Shown here: piece after piece, positions 49,841 to 62,596 of the stretch | How positions within the stretch are numbered: position 1 is the stretch's first letter | Layout of the letters: each line of letters begins with the position of its first letter | Origin: an uncultured Spirochaetota bacterium | GTDB taxonomy: Bacteria; Spirochaetota; UBA4802; UBA5550 | Reading direction: 5' to 3' | Length of the DNA stretch: 64,000 nt | Assembly: GCA_963827275.1 (NCBI GenBank) | Contig: CAWHAA010000005.1 | Span: 704,001-768,000, forward strand | Notes under the pieces: model-generated | Told to the model about the DNA's origin: nothing | What the model saw: only the letters and a program-made list of their open reading frames with translations | Databases searched by the model: none | Translations under genes and position numbers: made by a program

Positions 49841-51934
49841 TCACTTTGTCAGCTCGCCGAAGAGCCCGTGGACATCAAGGATCAGCGCCACCTTCCCGTC
49901 CCCGAGAATCGCCGCGCCTGATACCGCGCGGGTCTTGGTGACCTGCCCGCTCAGGCTTTTGATCACGATCTGCTGCTGGCCCACGAGTTCATCGACCATG
50001 ATCCCCATCGTCTCCTTTCCCGACTCGACGATGACCACGATCGTCTCCCACGGATTTTCGCAATCGGCCGTTATCCCGAAATAATTATAGAGCCGCACCA
50101 GCGGCACGTAGCTCTCCCTCACGCGGATAAGCTCTCCGCTGGCTTCCACAATCTCAATGTCTTCCTTTTTCGGCTGTATGCATTCCACTATCGAAAGGAG
50201 CGGTATGATATAGATGTTCCCTCCGGAACGGACCAGCATTCCCTCGATGATCGCAAGGGTCAGCGGCAGCTTGATACGGAACGTGGTGCCGATGTTTTCA
50301 GCCGTATCGATCTCAACGGTGCCCCGGAGCGACTCGATATTCGTCTTCACCACGTCCATCCCGACACCGCGCCCCGAGAGATCGCCCGCTTCCTCCGTAG
50401 TGGTGAAGCCGGGCATGAAAATAAACGAGGCCAGCCGTTCATCCGGGACTTCGTCGCCGGCCTTCACCAGGCCCAGGGACACCGCCTTCGCCCGGATCTT
50501 CTGCAGGTCGAGGCCCGTCCCGTCATCCGTCACCTCTATGAAGATGCTCCCTTCCTGGTGGTACGCGTTCAGGCGTACGCGGCCTTCCCGCGCCTTTCCC
50601 TTCCGCTCGCGCTCCTCGGGGCCTTCGATACCGTGGTCGACGGCGTTGCGGATCATGTGCTTCAGCGGATCACCGATCTTCTCGATGACCGTCTTGTCGA
50701 GCTCGGTCTCCTCTCCGAAGATTTCGAGCTTGATCTCCTTGCCGATATCGTGCGCGGTGTCGCGCACGAACCGCCGGAACTGCTCGAAGGTCGACCCTAT
50801 CGGGATCATCCTGATCGACATTATCTGTTCCTGGAATTCCCTCGTCGTCCGGTCGAGCCCGTACAGCGCGTTCTTCAGCATGAACCCCTGTTCCTCGGGC
50901 AGCTCGTCCGCGACCCGCGCGATGGCCGACTGCCCGATCACGATCTCACCGAGCAGGTTCATGAGGCTGTCAAGCTTCTTCGTGTCCACCCGCACCGTCC
51001 CGGTCTCGATCCTGGTCCGTATCCGCTCCTGCTCCCCGAGGGCGAACTGGATGTCCTTGTGCGTGGCATACCCCTTCCCGACGATGATATCGCCGATTTT
51101 CCTGTTATTAAGCTCCTGGTCGCCCAGAACGTCGTCGAGCTCCTTCCTCGTGAGTATCCCCCTGCGCACCAGCAACTCGCCGATCCTCTTCTCCTCGAGG
51201 TACTTTTCGCCGCACGGGTCTTCAACAAACCGCGCGGTCACGTCCTCCAGGATGATTTCATTGTCATCCCTGACGAACAGGAACACCTCTTCCGCCTGTT
51301 CCAGCCGGCAGGGGGCCTTTATCGTTATGTCCCAGCCGAGGTAGCACTTTTCGGGATCGAGCGCGGCGAGCGCCGGCAGGGCCGTATCATCGACAGCCAT
51401 CTCCACCACGTTTCCCAGCGAAACGAAATCCTCGATGATGGAGAGGGGATCGATGCCGCTTTCAAAGATGGTATCGCGGAACTTCGCCCGCGCCCTGAAA
51501 TACCGGTACCCGAAATCCTCCGCCTGCTCGGGGCGGGCGTCCTCCCGGATCTCCCCGGCCTTTTCAGCCGAGTAGGCCCCCATACGCTCGATCAAATTGC
51601 GCTTTATCCCGTCCGCCTCCTCGTCCCCGCCGCCGAACAACGCGAGCTTCACCCAGTCAAAGCACTCGAGGAGAATGTCTATCAGCCGGTCGTCGATTTC
51701 CAGCACCCCCGACCGCAGCCGGTCAAGGATGGTTTCGAGGCCGTGCATCAGCTCGCTCACCTGTTCATACCCGGCCATCGACGAGCTCCCCTTCAGCGTA
51801 TGGGCATATCTGAAGATGCGGTTCAGGATTTCCGGGTCGCTGCCGGCCTCGAAAACCACGAGGTCGGACTCGACATGCGACAGGATCTCGCGCGCTTCGT
51901 TCAGAAATACTTCTTTTATTACGATATCGCTCAT
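49841..51934 (-). CDS. cheA: chemotaxis histidine kinase with MshEN-like insert
   Basis: FRYAHTLKG HPt, HMIRNAVDHG, GRGVGMDVV, CheW domain. Confidence 0.97.
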   Translation of the reverse strand: MSDIVIKEVFLNEAREILSHVESDLVVFEAGSDPEILNRIFRYAHTLKGSSSMAGYEQVSELMHGLETILDRLRSGVLEIDDRLIDILLECFDWVKLALFGGGDEEADGIKRNLIERMGAYSAEKAGEIREDARPEQAEDFGYRYFRARAKFRDTIFESGIDPLSIIEDFVSLGNVVEMAVDDTALPALAALDPEKCYLGWDITIKAPCRLEQAEEVFLFVRDDNEIILEDVTARFVEDPCGEKYLEEKRIGELLVRRGILTRKELDDVLGDQELNNRKIGDIIVGKGYATHKDIQFALGEQERIRTRIETGTVRVDTKKLDSLMNLLGEIVIGQSAIARVADELPEEQGFMLKNALYGLDRTTREFQEQIMSIRMIPIGSTFEQFRRFVRDTAHDIGKEIKLEIFGEETELDKTVIEKIGDPLKHMIRNAVDHGIEGPEERERKGKAREGRVRLNAYHQEGSIFIEVTDDGTGLDLQKIRAKAVSLGLVKAGDEVPDERLASFIFMPGFTTTEEAGDLSGRGVGMDVVKTNIESLRGTVEIDTAENIGTTFRIKLPLTLAIIEGMLVRSGGNIYIIPLLSIVECIQPKKEDIEIVEASGELIRVRESYVPLVRLYNYFGITADCENPWETIVVIVESGKETMGIMVDELVGQQQIVIKSLSGQVTKTRAVSGAAILGDGKVALILDVHGLFGELTK

Positions 51935-51981
51935 GACTGTCTCCCTCGCAGTGTCATTGTCAGCATGACGGGCCGCATTGC

Positions 51982-54021
51982 CTAAAACTCCTCAAATCCT
52001 TCCTGGGTCAGGATGTCCTTGATGGTGCTGTTCTTCGCCTGTATCGCCGGATCGGACGGCGCGTGCTTTCTGCCGTTGCCGTTGCCATCGTCCTTCTTCG
52101 CCGCCTTCTTCCCGTTCACGTCCATGTGCAGGTGCAGCTCTTTGCGCTTCTTGCCGTACACTTCGTTCTGCACCTCGTCGCGTATCCTGAATTTTTCCAT
52201 CATGACGATGAGCTCCTGGGACTGGTTGGACATCTCCTCGCTGGCGGACGCGGTCTCCTCGACCAGCGCCGCATTCTGCTGCGTCATGGTATCGAGCTCC
52301 GCCACCGCTATGTTGATCTGGTCAACGCCCCGCTTCTGCTCGTCGCTGGCGGCTGAGATCTCGGTAATCAGCTGGTCAACCGACCTGACCGACGATATGA
52401 TCTTGTTCAGGGCCTCGCCGCTCTTGTTGGCGAACTCGGTGCTTATCGAGACCTTCTCAAGCGAATCCTGGATGAGCTGGCTGATCTCCTTCGCCGAGCT
52501 CCCGGCGCGCTGCGCGAGGTTGCGGACCTCGCCGGCGACCACCGCGAAACCGCGGCCCTGCTCCCCGGCGCGGGCCGCTTCCACGGCCGCGTTGAGGGCC
52601 AGCAGGTTGGTCTGGAAGGCGATCTCGTTGATGACCGATATGATGTCGCCGATCTTCCTGCTGAAGACGTTCACCTCGTTTATGGCGGTGACCGCATTGC
52701 CGACGATCTTGCCGCCCTCTTCCGCCATCCGGTACGAATCGGTCGCCATCTTCTTGGCGTCGAGGGAATTGTCGGCGTTCTGCTTGATGCTCGCGGTCGC
52801 TTCCTCGATGGTGGACGCGACCTCCTCGAGGGACGAGGCCTGTTCCGACGTCCGCTGCGACAGGTTCTCGTTGCCGCTCGCTATCTCCTGGACCGCCTGC
52901 GACAGGTTCTGCACCGCCACGATGATCTCGGACACAAGGTGCTCGAACTGGTTCAGGGAATTGTTCATGGCCTGGGCTATGTCGCCGATCTCATCACCGG
53001 TGATCTTCCCGTCATACCGCTTCGCCAGGTTGCCCTGCGCCATCTCCTCCATCACGCTCTTGCATTCGTCGAGGGGCTTGAGCCTTCTGGCGATGACAAA
53101 ATAGATGGCCCCGCCGACGATGCCGATGCCCGCCAGGCCGCAGATGATCATGATGGTGGCCATCGCGCGGGCGTCTTCATTGATGTCCGAGACATAGATC
53201 GTGGCGGCGGAGATGAAATTGTATTCCTTGTTCTTCACGAAGGTCTGGATCTTGCCTTTTCCTTCCCACTCGTACCTGACCACCGTGCCGCTTTCCGAAT
53301 TGAGCATCTCTTTTCCCCATTCGTATTTCGCAACATTAAGCTTGAAAATATTCTCTTCGTCCGGATGGGCAAAGGTCATGCCGTTTTTATCGCACATGTA
53401 CGGATAGCCGGTCTTCCCGATCTTGATTCCCTTCACGATATTATTCGAAAACATGCCGATATTCAGCGGGTAGCCGAAAATCCCCACGACCCTGGCGCCG
53501 TCCATGATCGGCACGGTGATGAGGATGACGGGGAGCCCGGTTGCGGGGGATTTATACGGGTCACCGACATGGGGCTTCCCGGCGAGCGTGTTGTTAAGAT
53601 TGTCTTCAAATCCCTTGCCCGCCCAGCGGAGCCCTATCGTCTTCCCGCCGACGCCGTCAACCATGATGGCGGTATTTTTATCCGCCGTGGATATGAAGAT
53701 GTTTTCGAGAAGCCCCGAAGACCTGAAATAATTCGCGAGGAACTCCCTCGCGATGCCGTAGTTTCCCGTTCTCGCAGCGGTAACGACAACAGTATCGCCG
53801 GCAAGGAATTTCGCGACATTGACCTGCTGCTGATAGAAATTCACCAACTGCGACTCGATATCCTTGTTGAAGTTCGTCAGCTGGTTCAGGTATGAATTTT
53901 CAACAGCGTTGTATGACGCGGTATAGGATATTATCACCAGGACAAATGATAGAACTATCACGATTGAGACAACAAACGCGGACAGGACTATCTTCAGACT
54001 CTTAAACTTATTACTTTTCAT
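51982..54021 (-). CDS. Cache-domain methyl-accepting chemotaxis protein
   Basis: 2 TM, Cache ([11 protein letters not shown]), [30 protein letters not shown]-terminal GFEEF pentapeptide. Confidence 0.96.
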   Translation of the reverse strand: MKSNKFKSLKIVLSAFVVSIVIVLSFVLVIISYTASYNAVENSYLNQLTNFNKDIESQLVNFYQQQVNVAKFLAGDTVVVTAARTGNYGIAREFLANYFRSSGLLENIFISTADKNTAIMVDGVGGKTIGLRWAGKGFEDNLNNTLAGKPHVGDPYKSPATGLPVILITVPIMDGARVVGIFGYPLNIGMFSNNIVKGIKIGKTGYPYMCDKNGMTFAHPDEENIFKLNVAKYEWGKEMLNSESGTVVRYEWEGKGKIQTFVKNKEYNFISAATIYVSDINEDARAMATIMIICGLAGIGIVGGAIYFVIARRLKPLDECKSVMEEMAQGNLAKRYDGKITGDEIGDIAQAMNNSLNQFEHLVSEIIVAVQNLSQAVQEIASGNENLSQRTSEQASSLEEVASTIEEATASIKQNADNSLDAKKMATDSYRMAEEGGKIVGNAVTAINEVNVFSRKIGDIISVINEIAFQTNLLALNAAVEAARAGEQGRGFAVVAGEVRNLAQRAGSSAKEISQLIQDSLEKVSISTEFANKSGEALNKIISSVRSVDQLITEISAASDEQKRGVDQINIAVAELDTMTQQNAALVEETASASEEMSNQSQELIVMMEKFRIRDEVQNEVYGKKRKELHLHMDVNGKKAAKKDDGNGNGRKHAPSDPAIQAKNSTIKDILTQEGFEEF

Positions 54022-54061
54022 GCAAAACCTCCGAAAGTTAATAAAATTCTAGCACATAACA

Positions 54062-54421
54062 CTACGAGGCCATCGAACGGACGGCCTGTATCGCTTTGTC
54101 CAGCTCTATCGACTTGTCAAAAAACAGCTCGGCCCCCAGATCGGTGCTTATTATCCTGTAGTACCAGAACGGATAGTTGGTGAGCACCATCACTGTTATA
54201 TTCGATCCCGCGTTTTTTATCTTCTTCAGCACCTCGAACCCGTTTCCGTTTTGGAGGGCAATATCAAGGATAACCAGGTCCGGCTTCTTCTCATCTATTA
54301 AACTCAGGGCCTTTGCCGGCTCATCGGCAATGCCGCACAATTCAACGCCATGAATCTGCCCGAGCTCATGGGTCAGAATTCCCTGGACGATAAGAGAGTC
54401 TTCCACGATAATCACCTTCAT
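54062..54421 (-). CDS. stand-alone receiver-domain protein (NarL-type)
   Basis: IVEDS, DLVILDI..GNG, VLT, FFDKS. Confidence 0.88.
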   Translation of the reverse strand: MKVIIVEDSLIVQGILTHELGQIHGVELCGIADEPAKALSLIDEKKPDLVILDIALQNGNGFEVLKKIKNAGSNITVMVLTNYPFWYYRIISTDLGAELFFDKSIELDKAIQAVRSMAS

Positions 54422-54630
54422 ATTGTAAACGTAAACCATTCTCTGCAAAGGCATACATCGAATGATTAATGTTCCTCCTGTGCCCGAGTGCGGCTGAATA
54501 TCCACCGGATGATACGAACGGGAGTACGTTACCCTGGTCGATGTACCTGTAATATAACGGGTGGGGACTGAATACACAATCCGTACAGCGCCTGATTTCC
54601 ATGTAGGACATTGAGAATACCTTACCGGGG

Positions 54631-54695
54631 TACGCCCTCGGCCGGGCGTAGGAAATCACCTATAAAAAAAGGGGGATCGTAGGGGAATTCCCCTA
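54631..54695. promoter_or_regulatory. palindromic putative response-regulator sites
   Basis: TACGCCC-N6-GGGCGTA, TAGG-N6-CCTA (54649-54662), TAGGGGAATTCCCCTA (54680-54695). Confidence 0.5.
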
Positions 54696-54763
54696 AAATA
54701 CCCATGCGTCGCAATAGTTGATTTTTTTGAGAATTAAACGTGAAACAGGAGGTATGCCGTCAG

Positions 54764-55444
54764 CTATTTGTTCCCTTGCAGCCATTCTTTCGCGTGGCGG
54801 GACAGATCGGAGGAGTTCTGCACGCCCATCTTGCTTTTTATATGGTCCCGGTGCGCTTCAACGGTCTTGATGCTGATGTTGAGCCTGGCCGCGATCTGCC
54901 GGGCTGTCAGCTCCTGGCCCATGAGACTGAATATCTCCAGCTCGCGGTCGGTGAGGCCGGCAACCGGGTTCCGGAGGGCCTCATTCCCGGCCGCGGTCAG
55001 CCGGTCGAGGAGTTTCGTCGTCATCGCGTCGCTGAAATAGATGTTGCCGGTCAGGACCTTCCGCAGCGCCTTCAGCAGCACTTCGGGGGGCTGGTCCTTC
55101 ATGACATACCCCTTGGCGCCCGCCCTGAGCACGCGCTCGGCGAAAACGGATTCATCGTGCATGGAGTAAACAAGCGCGGGGAGATCGGGATACCGCGCCT
55201 TTATGGCCTTGATAAGGTCAATGCCGCTCGAGGACTTCAGGGACAGATCGACCATGACCGCGTCAGGGCCCAGGTCGGCAACCTGCTGCATCGCCGAATT
55301 GATGTCATTTGCCTCGCCGCACACTTCGAGGTCCTTCTCGTTGTTGATCATCTGGGTAAGCCCCCTGCAGATGAGGGGATGGTCGTCAACGATCAGGATG
55401 CGCTTGATGTCTTTATTGATTAATGCTCCCGCCATGGCTCTCAA
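54764..55444 (-). CDS. NarL/LuxR-family response regulator
   Basis: VDDHP, GAKGYVMK, LTDRELEI..ISIKTVEAHR. Confidence 0.95.
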   Translation of the reverse strand: MRAMAGALINKDIKRILIVDDHPLICRGLTQMINNEKDLEVCGEANDINSAMQQVADLGPDAVMVDLSLKSSSGIDLIKAIKARYPDLPALVYSMHDESVFAERVLRAGAKGYVMKDQPPEVLLKALRKVLTGNIYFSDAMTTKLLDRLTAAGNEALRNPVAGLTDRELEIFSLMGQELTARQIAARLNISIKTVEAHRDHIKSKMGVQNSSDLSRHAKEWLQGNK

Positions 55445-58400
55445 TCTTTTTTCAACAGCTTATAGACAGGGAACGTGCACACTATGCGTACCCCCCCGCC
55501 CACGTTGCCCTGGATGGCGAAGGTGCCGTTGATGGTGGCCATCCGGTACGCCATGATCCTCAGCCCGAGGCCCTTATGGCTGTCGAACGTATCAGGCCGG
55601 CCGGCGCCGTCATCTTCTATGACAAGCATGACGTCATTTTTCTTGTGTGTCAAATGTAATTTTATTCGCCCGGCATGGCCGTGCTTTACGGCGTTGTTCA
55701 CCGCCTCCCGGGCGATATAATAGAGCTGGGTCGATATCATGATGTCCGCTATCACGATGTCGGGGTCCTGGCGATAGGTGCACTGGATGCCGAAGATGGA
55801 GCTGATGTTCGCCGCGAACTGCTCCAGCGTATAGGATATCTCGTTTTCGACAAGATTGGGCGGGTAGAGTTCGCGCGACAGCATGCGCACCCTGGTGATG
55901 ATGCGGTATACCTCGCCGGTGATCTCGTCCGACAGCGCCGTTTCGGGCAGTCCCGACTCCCTGAGCTTCTTTGCGAGGGTGGTGCACATGAACGCGATGC
56001 CGGTGAGGTCCTGTCCGAGCCCGTCGTGGAGGTCCCGGCCGAGCCGCTGCTGCTCGACGTCTATGATGCTTATTATCTCGTTCTGGAGCCGCTTCCGCTC
56101 CGTGATGTCCCGTATGCTCGTATGAACGATCTCCCTGCCGGTCATCGGTATCGCGGTCATGACCACTTCCGAATTGAACAGGCTCCCGTCGGGCCTGCGG
56201 AGCTGCCACTCATACGTGACGCTCCGCTGCCGGAGGGCGAGCTCCGTGTAGCCCTTCCTCCTGTCAACCGAGGACGCCCCGTCCGGCTGGAATTCGGGGG
56301 TGAAGTCATAAAAATTCATGTTGACGACCTGGCCCTTCTCAATGCACCCGAGAATGCTCACCCCCTCGATGTTGCAGTCAACTATCCGGTCGCCGTCAAA
56401 GAGGAACTGCGCGGTCCCCGAATCCTCGAACAGGCGCCGGAACTTCTCCTCGCTCTCCTTGAGCGCGTCTTCGGCCTTTTTCCTGTCGCTGATGTCGATG
56501 ACGATCCCCCGCGCGCCGGTTATGGTCCCGTCATGGATGATCGCGCGGCCATGGATGATCACCTGGAGCATGGTCCCGTCTTTCCTGAGCAGCGTATATT
56601 CAGTACCCGTGATCCACTTGCCGGTGAGCACGCTCCTGAAATTTTCCATGCAGCGGTCCCGGTCCGCCGGCGCGACAACTTCGACAAAATTAATCGGTTT
56701 GATTATATCTTCCGGCGAATAGCCATACACGGAATAGGCAACCCTGTTGACATAGGTTACATTCCCGTCGAGGTCCAGCTCAAACAGGAGCTCAGGGAGA
56801 AAATCCGCAAGCTCGCGGTATTTTATCTCGCTCCGGAGAAGCTCTTCCTCCGCCTTTTTCAGCCACGTGATGTCATTGCCGACGGTCAATATCTCCTGTA
56901 TGGCCCCCGTCGCGTCCCGGACAAGCTTGTTGGTCCATGCAACCCACACGCGCTCGCCGTTACGCTTCATGTTTTCGTTTTCGTAGCTCTTGTACTTTTC
57001 AGGGTCCGCTATGACCTTCCTGACCATGCCCGTCAGGTCTTTTCCCATCGAATCAACCGGCGGGATTATGGTCCCGACCAGGTTCTTGCCCACTATTTCA
57101 CCGCTGCTGAACCCGAAAAAATCCTGGGCAAATTCATTGAAAAACAAGACCGTGCCCTCCGGGTCCACCCTGAGGATGATGCTGTTCGCGTTTTCAACCA
57201 GCTCGCGGTACCTGCGCTCGCTCTCATGAAGCGCGTCCTCTATCCGCCTCCGTGCGGTTATGTCCTTGAAAAAGTTAAGCGTCGCGAAGGAGCCCTCCCA
57301 GGTGAAGCCGACCGCATTGATCTCGACCCACCGGAACCCGCCGTCCTTATGCAATACGCGGAATTCATATACCGCGGGGGAGTCAATCGACGCCTGGCGC
57401 CGCTGGTAGCGCTCCGCCACCATGGCCCTGTCATCGGGGTGGATAAAATCGATCATGGGGCGCGAACAGAGCTCTTCAGCCGAAAACCCGGTGACCGCGG
57501 TTGTTTTGGGGTTAACATACTTGAGCACGCCCTCCTGCGCGACCGCGATGATCTCTCCGGCGTTCTCCACCAGCAGCCGGTACCGCTCCTCGCTCTCCCG
57601 GAGCACCTGGTTCAAGCGCCTCCGCTCGGAGATGTCACGCCCCACCCCGACAAACCCGACATGCACCCCCCTGTCGTCCCGCAGGGGGTTGATCACTATC
57701 TCGATCCAAACCGTGGAGCCGTCTTTATGCGGCTGCTCGATCTCCACTTTTATGGTAGTGTCCCTCCCGCTCTCGATGCTGGCGAGTCCCTGCCGGAACG
57801 CCTGGCGCAGGGACACCAATGATTCAGGGGTGACCATGTCCGCGGGCATCAGGTGGATAAGCTCATGCGGTTCATAGCCCCTGAGCTTGCGTATGGAGGG
57901 GCTTATATATGAAAAATGCAGGTCCCTGCCCAGCACGAATATCACGTCATCCATGTTCTCCGCGAGGAGGCGGTAATGCGACTCGCTTTTCCTGAGGGCA
58001 TCTTCCGCCGTTTTGCGCTCGGTGATATCTTTTAAAAAATTCAGAGCGTGGCGTCGGACCCGTTCCATTCGATCCTGACAGCGGAGAGCTCGACCCACCG
58101 GAACCCGCCGTCTTTATGCATCATTCTTAATTCGTAAAAAGGCGGGATCTCCTCCCCCGCCATCCGTTTTCGGTACCTTTCGGCCACGAGGCCCCTGTCT
58201 TCGGGGTGGATAAACTCCATAAAAGGCCGCGCGAGGAGCTCCTGCTCTGAAAAACCGGTGACCGCGCACGTCATCGGATTCACGTAGGTAAACAACTCTC
58301 CCTGTGCGACGATGATCATTTCCCCGGCATTTTCCACCAGCTGGCGGAATTGCAATTCGCTTTTCCTGAGCGCTTCTTCGGCCCTCACGCGTTCCGTGAT

Positions 58401-59387
58401 ATTGGTGTCCGCCCCCCGGTAGCCCAGGAGCCTTCCCGATTCATTCAGGATCGGAATAGCGGTTGTTTCCAGCACGATAGTGCTGCCGTTTTTATGCACG
58501 TTGTGGTTGATATATTTTTTAAACGGCTTCTTTAAGGCAAATGCATGCAAGACCTCCTTCCTGACTTCCTCCCTGGAGTGCGGGACAAAAAAATCATAAA
58601 AATATTTCTTCCCGACAATCTCCTCTGGTTTGTAGCCGATAATATCTTTTACAACGGAATTGGAGTATGTATACAGCCCGCTGGCGTCCATTTCCCAAAT
58701 CCACTCCTCCGTGCTTTCGGCTATCTCCCTGAACCGCTCTTCGCTTTTATGCAGCGCCTCCTGCACCCGCATCCGCTCCGTGACGTCTTCAAGCGTCTCA
58801 AGCGCGCCGATGACCGCACCGTTGCCGTCTTTGAGCAGCACCGCGGTAAAGAAGAGCCATATTCCATTCCTGTCTTTTCCGGAGAAGTAGTCCATCCCCT
58901 CATACGCATCAGCCACGTATTTTGATTTTTTGCATTTATCGCCGTACCATTGCCGCAGGCGTTTAAAATCGCCATCGATCAGCAGGTCCGCCAGTATCGG
59001 CCTTTTTTTATGATAAAAGGCCTGCCACTGGGTTTTCGTGCCGATGACCTCCTCCGCCTTGACCCCGCTGATCGATTCCAGCGCCCTGTTCCAGGAAAGG
59101 ACCCGGTGGTCACGGCCGATTATGAGCTGCGGGATCGGTGACCCCTCGACGATCGTCTTGAACCCGGAAGCCACATCGCTCCAGGCATCATCCGCGTGCC
59201 GGTCCCGTGCCTTTTTCAGCTCCCGGTCCTTTCTCTTCAACTCGGCCTTCAGGTCTTTAATCTCACGCTCAAGCAGAGGTATCTCCTTCAGGCCGGCGGG
59301 CTTTTTCGGTTTTTTCGATGCCGCGGCATTCGTCGCGGACGGTCCGCGGCCCTGTGCCGGTTTTTTTTTCATGGTCTCTTTTTTCAT
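55441..59387 (-). CDS. multi-PAS HisKA_3 sensor kinase (apparent frameshift near 58040)
   Basis: about 8 PAS/PAC repeats over ORFs 58041-59387 and 55441-58098; RLGRDLHDGLGQ, EAVNNAVKH, DDG.G, GLGL. Confidence 0.92.
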
Positions 59388-59709
59388 TTCATTACCCCGG
59401 ATGGGCAGCGTTAGGCTTTTTCATGATGACTATTCGATCAGCCATGTGCATCATCTCCAGACCGGCGGGACTCTTGACTTCATCCCATTCCGTACTGGTC
59501 AAGGTAGCACAGGCCGGCACGATTATCAACAAAAACCCGGACCGCCCTGTTTAAATACGACATAATAAAAATATTTGTTGACAATATCATTGATGATGAA
59601 GTTAAAGAATAGTATATTTTCCAGGGAACCTCAGGAAACTGCCTGCGGCCGCTCTGCAGTACGCGCCGCCGTCCGTCACATCTATATTTATCATACACGG
59701 GTTACAGAC

Positions 59710-62034
59710 ATGGAGTGGACCGATATCATCATTTCGTCGAAAAAAGAGCCGGAGCTGTCGCAGAACGCGAACATCGTGCTTGAAAAGCGCTACCTGGCAA
59801 AGGACGACCGGGGCGCGGTCATAGAAACGCCCACGGCGCTGTTTCAGCGCGTCGCGAAATTCGTCGCTTCCGCCGACCTGCAATACGGGAAGAGCGCTGC
59901 GGAAGCGGGCCGGACCGCGACCGCGTTTTACGAGATGATGGCCGACCTCCAGTTCCTCCCCAATACGCCCACGCTCATGAACGCCGGCAGGCCCCTGGGC
60001 CAGCTCTCGGCATGCTTCGTGCTTCCCGTCGAGGACTCCATGGACAAGATCTTCGACGCGGTAAAGAACATGGCGCTCATCCACAAGAGCGGCGGCGGCA
60101 CCGGCTTTTCCTTCTCCCGGCTCCGGCCCAAGGACGATATCGTCAAGTCCACCGCGGGCGTTTCGAGCGGGCCCGTCTCCTTCATGAACATCTTCAACGC
60201 CGCCACGGAGACCGTCAAGCAGGGCGGGACGCGGCGCGGCGCCAACATGGCGATACTCTCGGTGGACCATCCCGACATCATCGGGTTCATCAGGGCGAAG
60301 GAAGACAAGAACGCGCTCACCAACTTCAACATCTCGGTGGCGCTCACCGACGAATTCATGGAAGCCCTCGAATCGGACGCCGAGTACCCGCTGATCAACC
60401 CGAACTCGAAAAAGGTCGTGAAAAAGACTGAAGGCCGCGGAGGTCTTCGACCTCATCGTGCGCAAGGCGTGGGAGAGCGGCGAGCCGGGCATCGTCTTCA
60501 TTGACCGGATCAACGCGGCGAACCCCCTGAAAAAGATCGGCATGATAGAGAGCACCAACCCCTGCGGCGAGCAGCCCCTGCTCCCGTTCGAATCGTGCAA
60601 TCTCGGCTCGATCAACCTGAATAAAATAATCAGGAAGGAACGGAAAGGATACGCGGTCGATTACGAAAAGCTCGGGGCCATCACGAGGCTCGCGGTCCGC
60701 TTCCTTGACAACATCATCGACCTGAACCGCTATCCCCTGGACGAGATAAAGGAAAACACCATGGCCAACCGGAAGATCGGCCTCGGCATCATGGGCTTCG
60801 CGGACGTACTCATACGCCTCGGCATCCCCTACAATTCCGACGGAGGCGGTGGCGACCGCGGAAAAAATCATGTCCGCCATACAGGAGGAATCAAAGCGCG
60901 CCTCGGAGGAGATCGCGAAGGAACGCGGGCCCTTCCCCAATTTCGCCCGCTCGGCCTATGCCGACCGGGGCGCGGCGCCGCTGCGCAACGCCACGACCAC
61001 GACCATCGCGCCCACCGGCACGATCAGCATCATCGCCGGGACATCGAGCGGCATCGAGCCGATCTACGCCCTGGCCTACGTGCGCAACGTGATGGACAAC
61101 AACATCCTGGTCGAGGTGAACCCGCTGTTCGAGGAGATCGCCCGCGAGGGGGGCTTCTACGACGATGAGATCATGGCGCGCATCGCCGAGCACGGTTCCG
61201 CGGCCGGCATCGACGGCATCCCGGAGGAGGCGCGGCGGGTCTTCGTGAGCGCCCATGACATATCGCCGGATGGCCCATATCAGCATCCAGGCCGCGTTCC
61301 AGAAATACGTGGACAACGCCGTTTCCAAGACCGTCAACTTCAAGAGCACCGCCACCATGGAGGAGATCGAGCAGGTGTACCTCTCGGCGTACCGGCTCGG
61401 GTGCAAGGGCGTGACCGTGTACCGCGACCAGTCGCGCGAAAACCAGGTGCTCGATACCGGGAAAAAGGCGGAAGCGAAGCAGGCGGAGGCGGGCGCCGCC
61501 GCGCCTTCAGGCGAGCGGCCGCACATCTCGCCACGCCCGCGGGGCGAGATCACCTGGGGCGCCACGCGCAAGATGGCCACCGGGTGCGGCTCCCTCTATG
61601 TCACCATCAACGAGGACGAGCAGGGGCTCTTCGAGGTCTTCGCGGCCATGGGCAAGGGCGGCGGCTGCGCCGCCAGCCAGACCGAGGCGGTAAGCCGCCT
61701 CATCTCCCTGGCGCTGCGGAGCGGCCTTGACCGCGACCAGATCGTCAAGCAGATCAAGGGCGTCCGCTGTCCCAACCAGGCCTGGGAAAAGGGCGGCCGG
61801 ATCTATTCCTGCGCCGACGCCATCGCCAAGGCGCTCGAGCGGCATTCAGGCGCCGCCGCCGGCCAGGAGCGGATCAACGAGAGCATACAGGAGGCGGCGA
61901 AGAACATCGCCGAGACCAACGGCAAGGGGCGCGATACGGTCATGGTGGGCGTGTGCCCCGATTGCGGCGGGCCGCTCGAATTCGAATCCGGGTGCTCCGT
62001 CTGCCGATCGTGCGGCTTCTCCCGCTGCGGGTAA
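59710..62034 (+). CDS. nrdJ: class II (B12-dependent) ribonucleotide reductase with C-terminal TSCPD/zinc-ribbon region (frameshifts near 60420, 60840, 61265)
   Basis: [71 protein letters not shown]. Confidence 0.95.
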
Positions 62035-62057
62035 GGCACGGACAGAATGATCATGAC

Positions 62058-62094
62058 AAAAAAAACCCGCCCTGCGTCCGCAGGCGGGTTTTTT
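62058..62094. terminator. bidirectional intrinsic terminator
   Basis: AAAAAAAACCCGCC...GGCGGGTTTTTT between convergent genes. Confidence 0.85.
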
Positions 62095-62116
62095 CATCCG
62101 GCGCGCGCCTTCCGCA

Positions 62117-62434
62117 TCATGCCGCGTTCAGGTTCAGAAACCCCGTTATATCGAGGAAGGTCATGATCCGCAGAACGTTTTCGCACACGCCGTCAATATA
62201 GAGCTCTTTGCCCGTCTTTTGCATCCCGGTCTTCAGCGAGATAAACATCCCCACCGCGGATGAATCAATGTGGCTGACGTTGGAAAGGTCGATTATGACG
62301 CGCCGCGCGCCGCTTGCGTGTATTGTTTTTTCCAGGAAGCCCAGTATGAAGGATGTTGAATTGAAGACAAGTTCGTTCTTAAGCATAACCATGCGCAGGT
62401 CGTCCCCGTCATGTTCCAGCTTCACATAATCCAT
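62117..62434 (-). CDS. STAS anti-sigma-factor antagonist
   Basis: IIDLSNVSHIDSSAVG. Confidence 0.88.
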   Translation of the reverse strand: MDYVKLEHDGDDLRMVMLKNELVFNSTSFILGFLEKTIHASGARRVIIDLSNVSHIDSSAVGMFISLKTGMQKTGKELYIDGVCENVLRIMTFLDITGFLNLNAA

Positions 62435-62596
62435 CCTGTTCACGACCAATGATCCCCCGGGGAGTATGCCTTTTATGAGACATAAAAATATTGCCAATAA
62501 TAATCGGCATATACAAAAATATGTCAATGATTATTTTTGTACAACTGTTAAATTATGAGCGGGGGCACGCGGCTGGCATGTGACAATGAAACCAGT

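Noticed and set aside
59560..59709. NrdR box or cobalamin riboswitch upstream of nrdJ
   Set aside because: Only weak partial matches; cannot be supported.
60415..60430. Programmed frameshift at the A run in nrdJ (also the A run near 58035)
   Set aside because: Homopolymer indels amid many other indels in the window are better explained by sequencing error.
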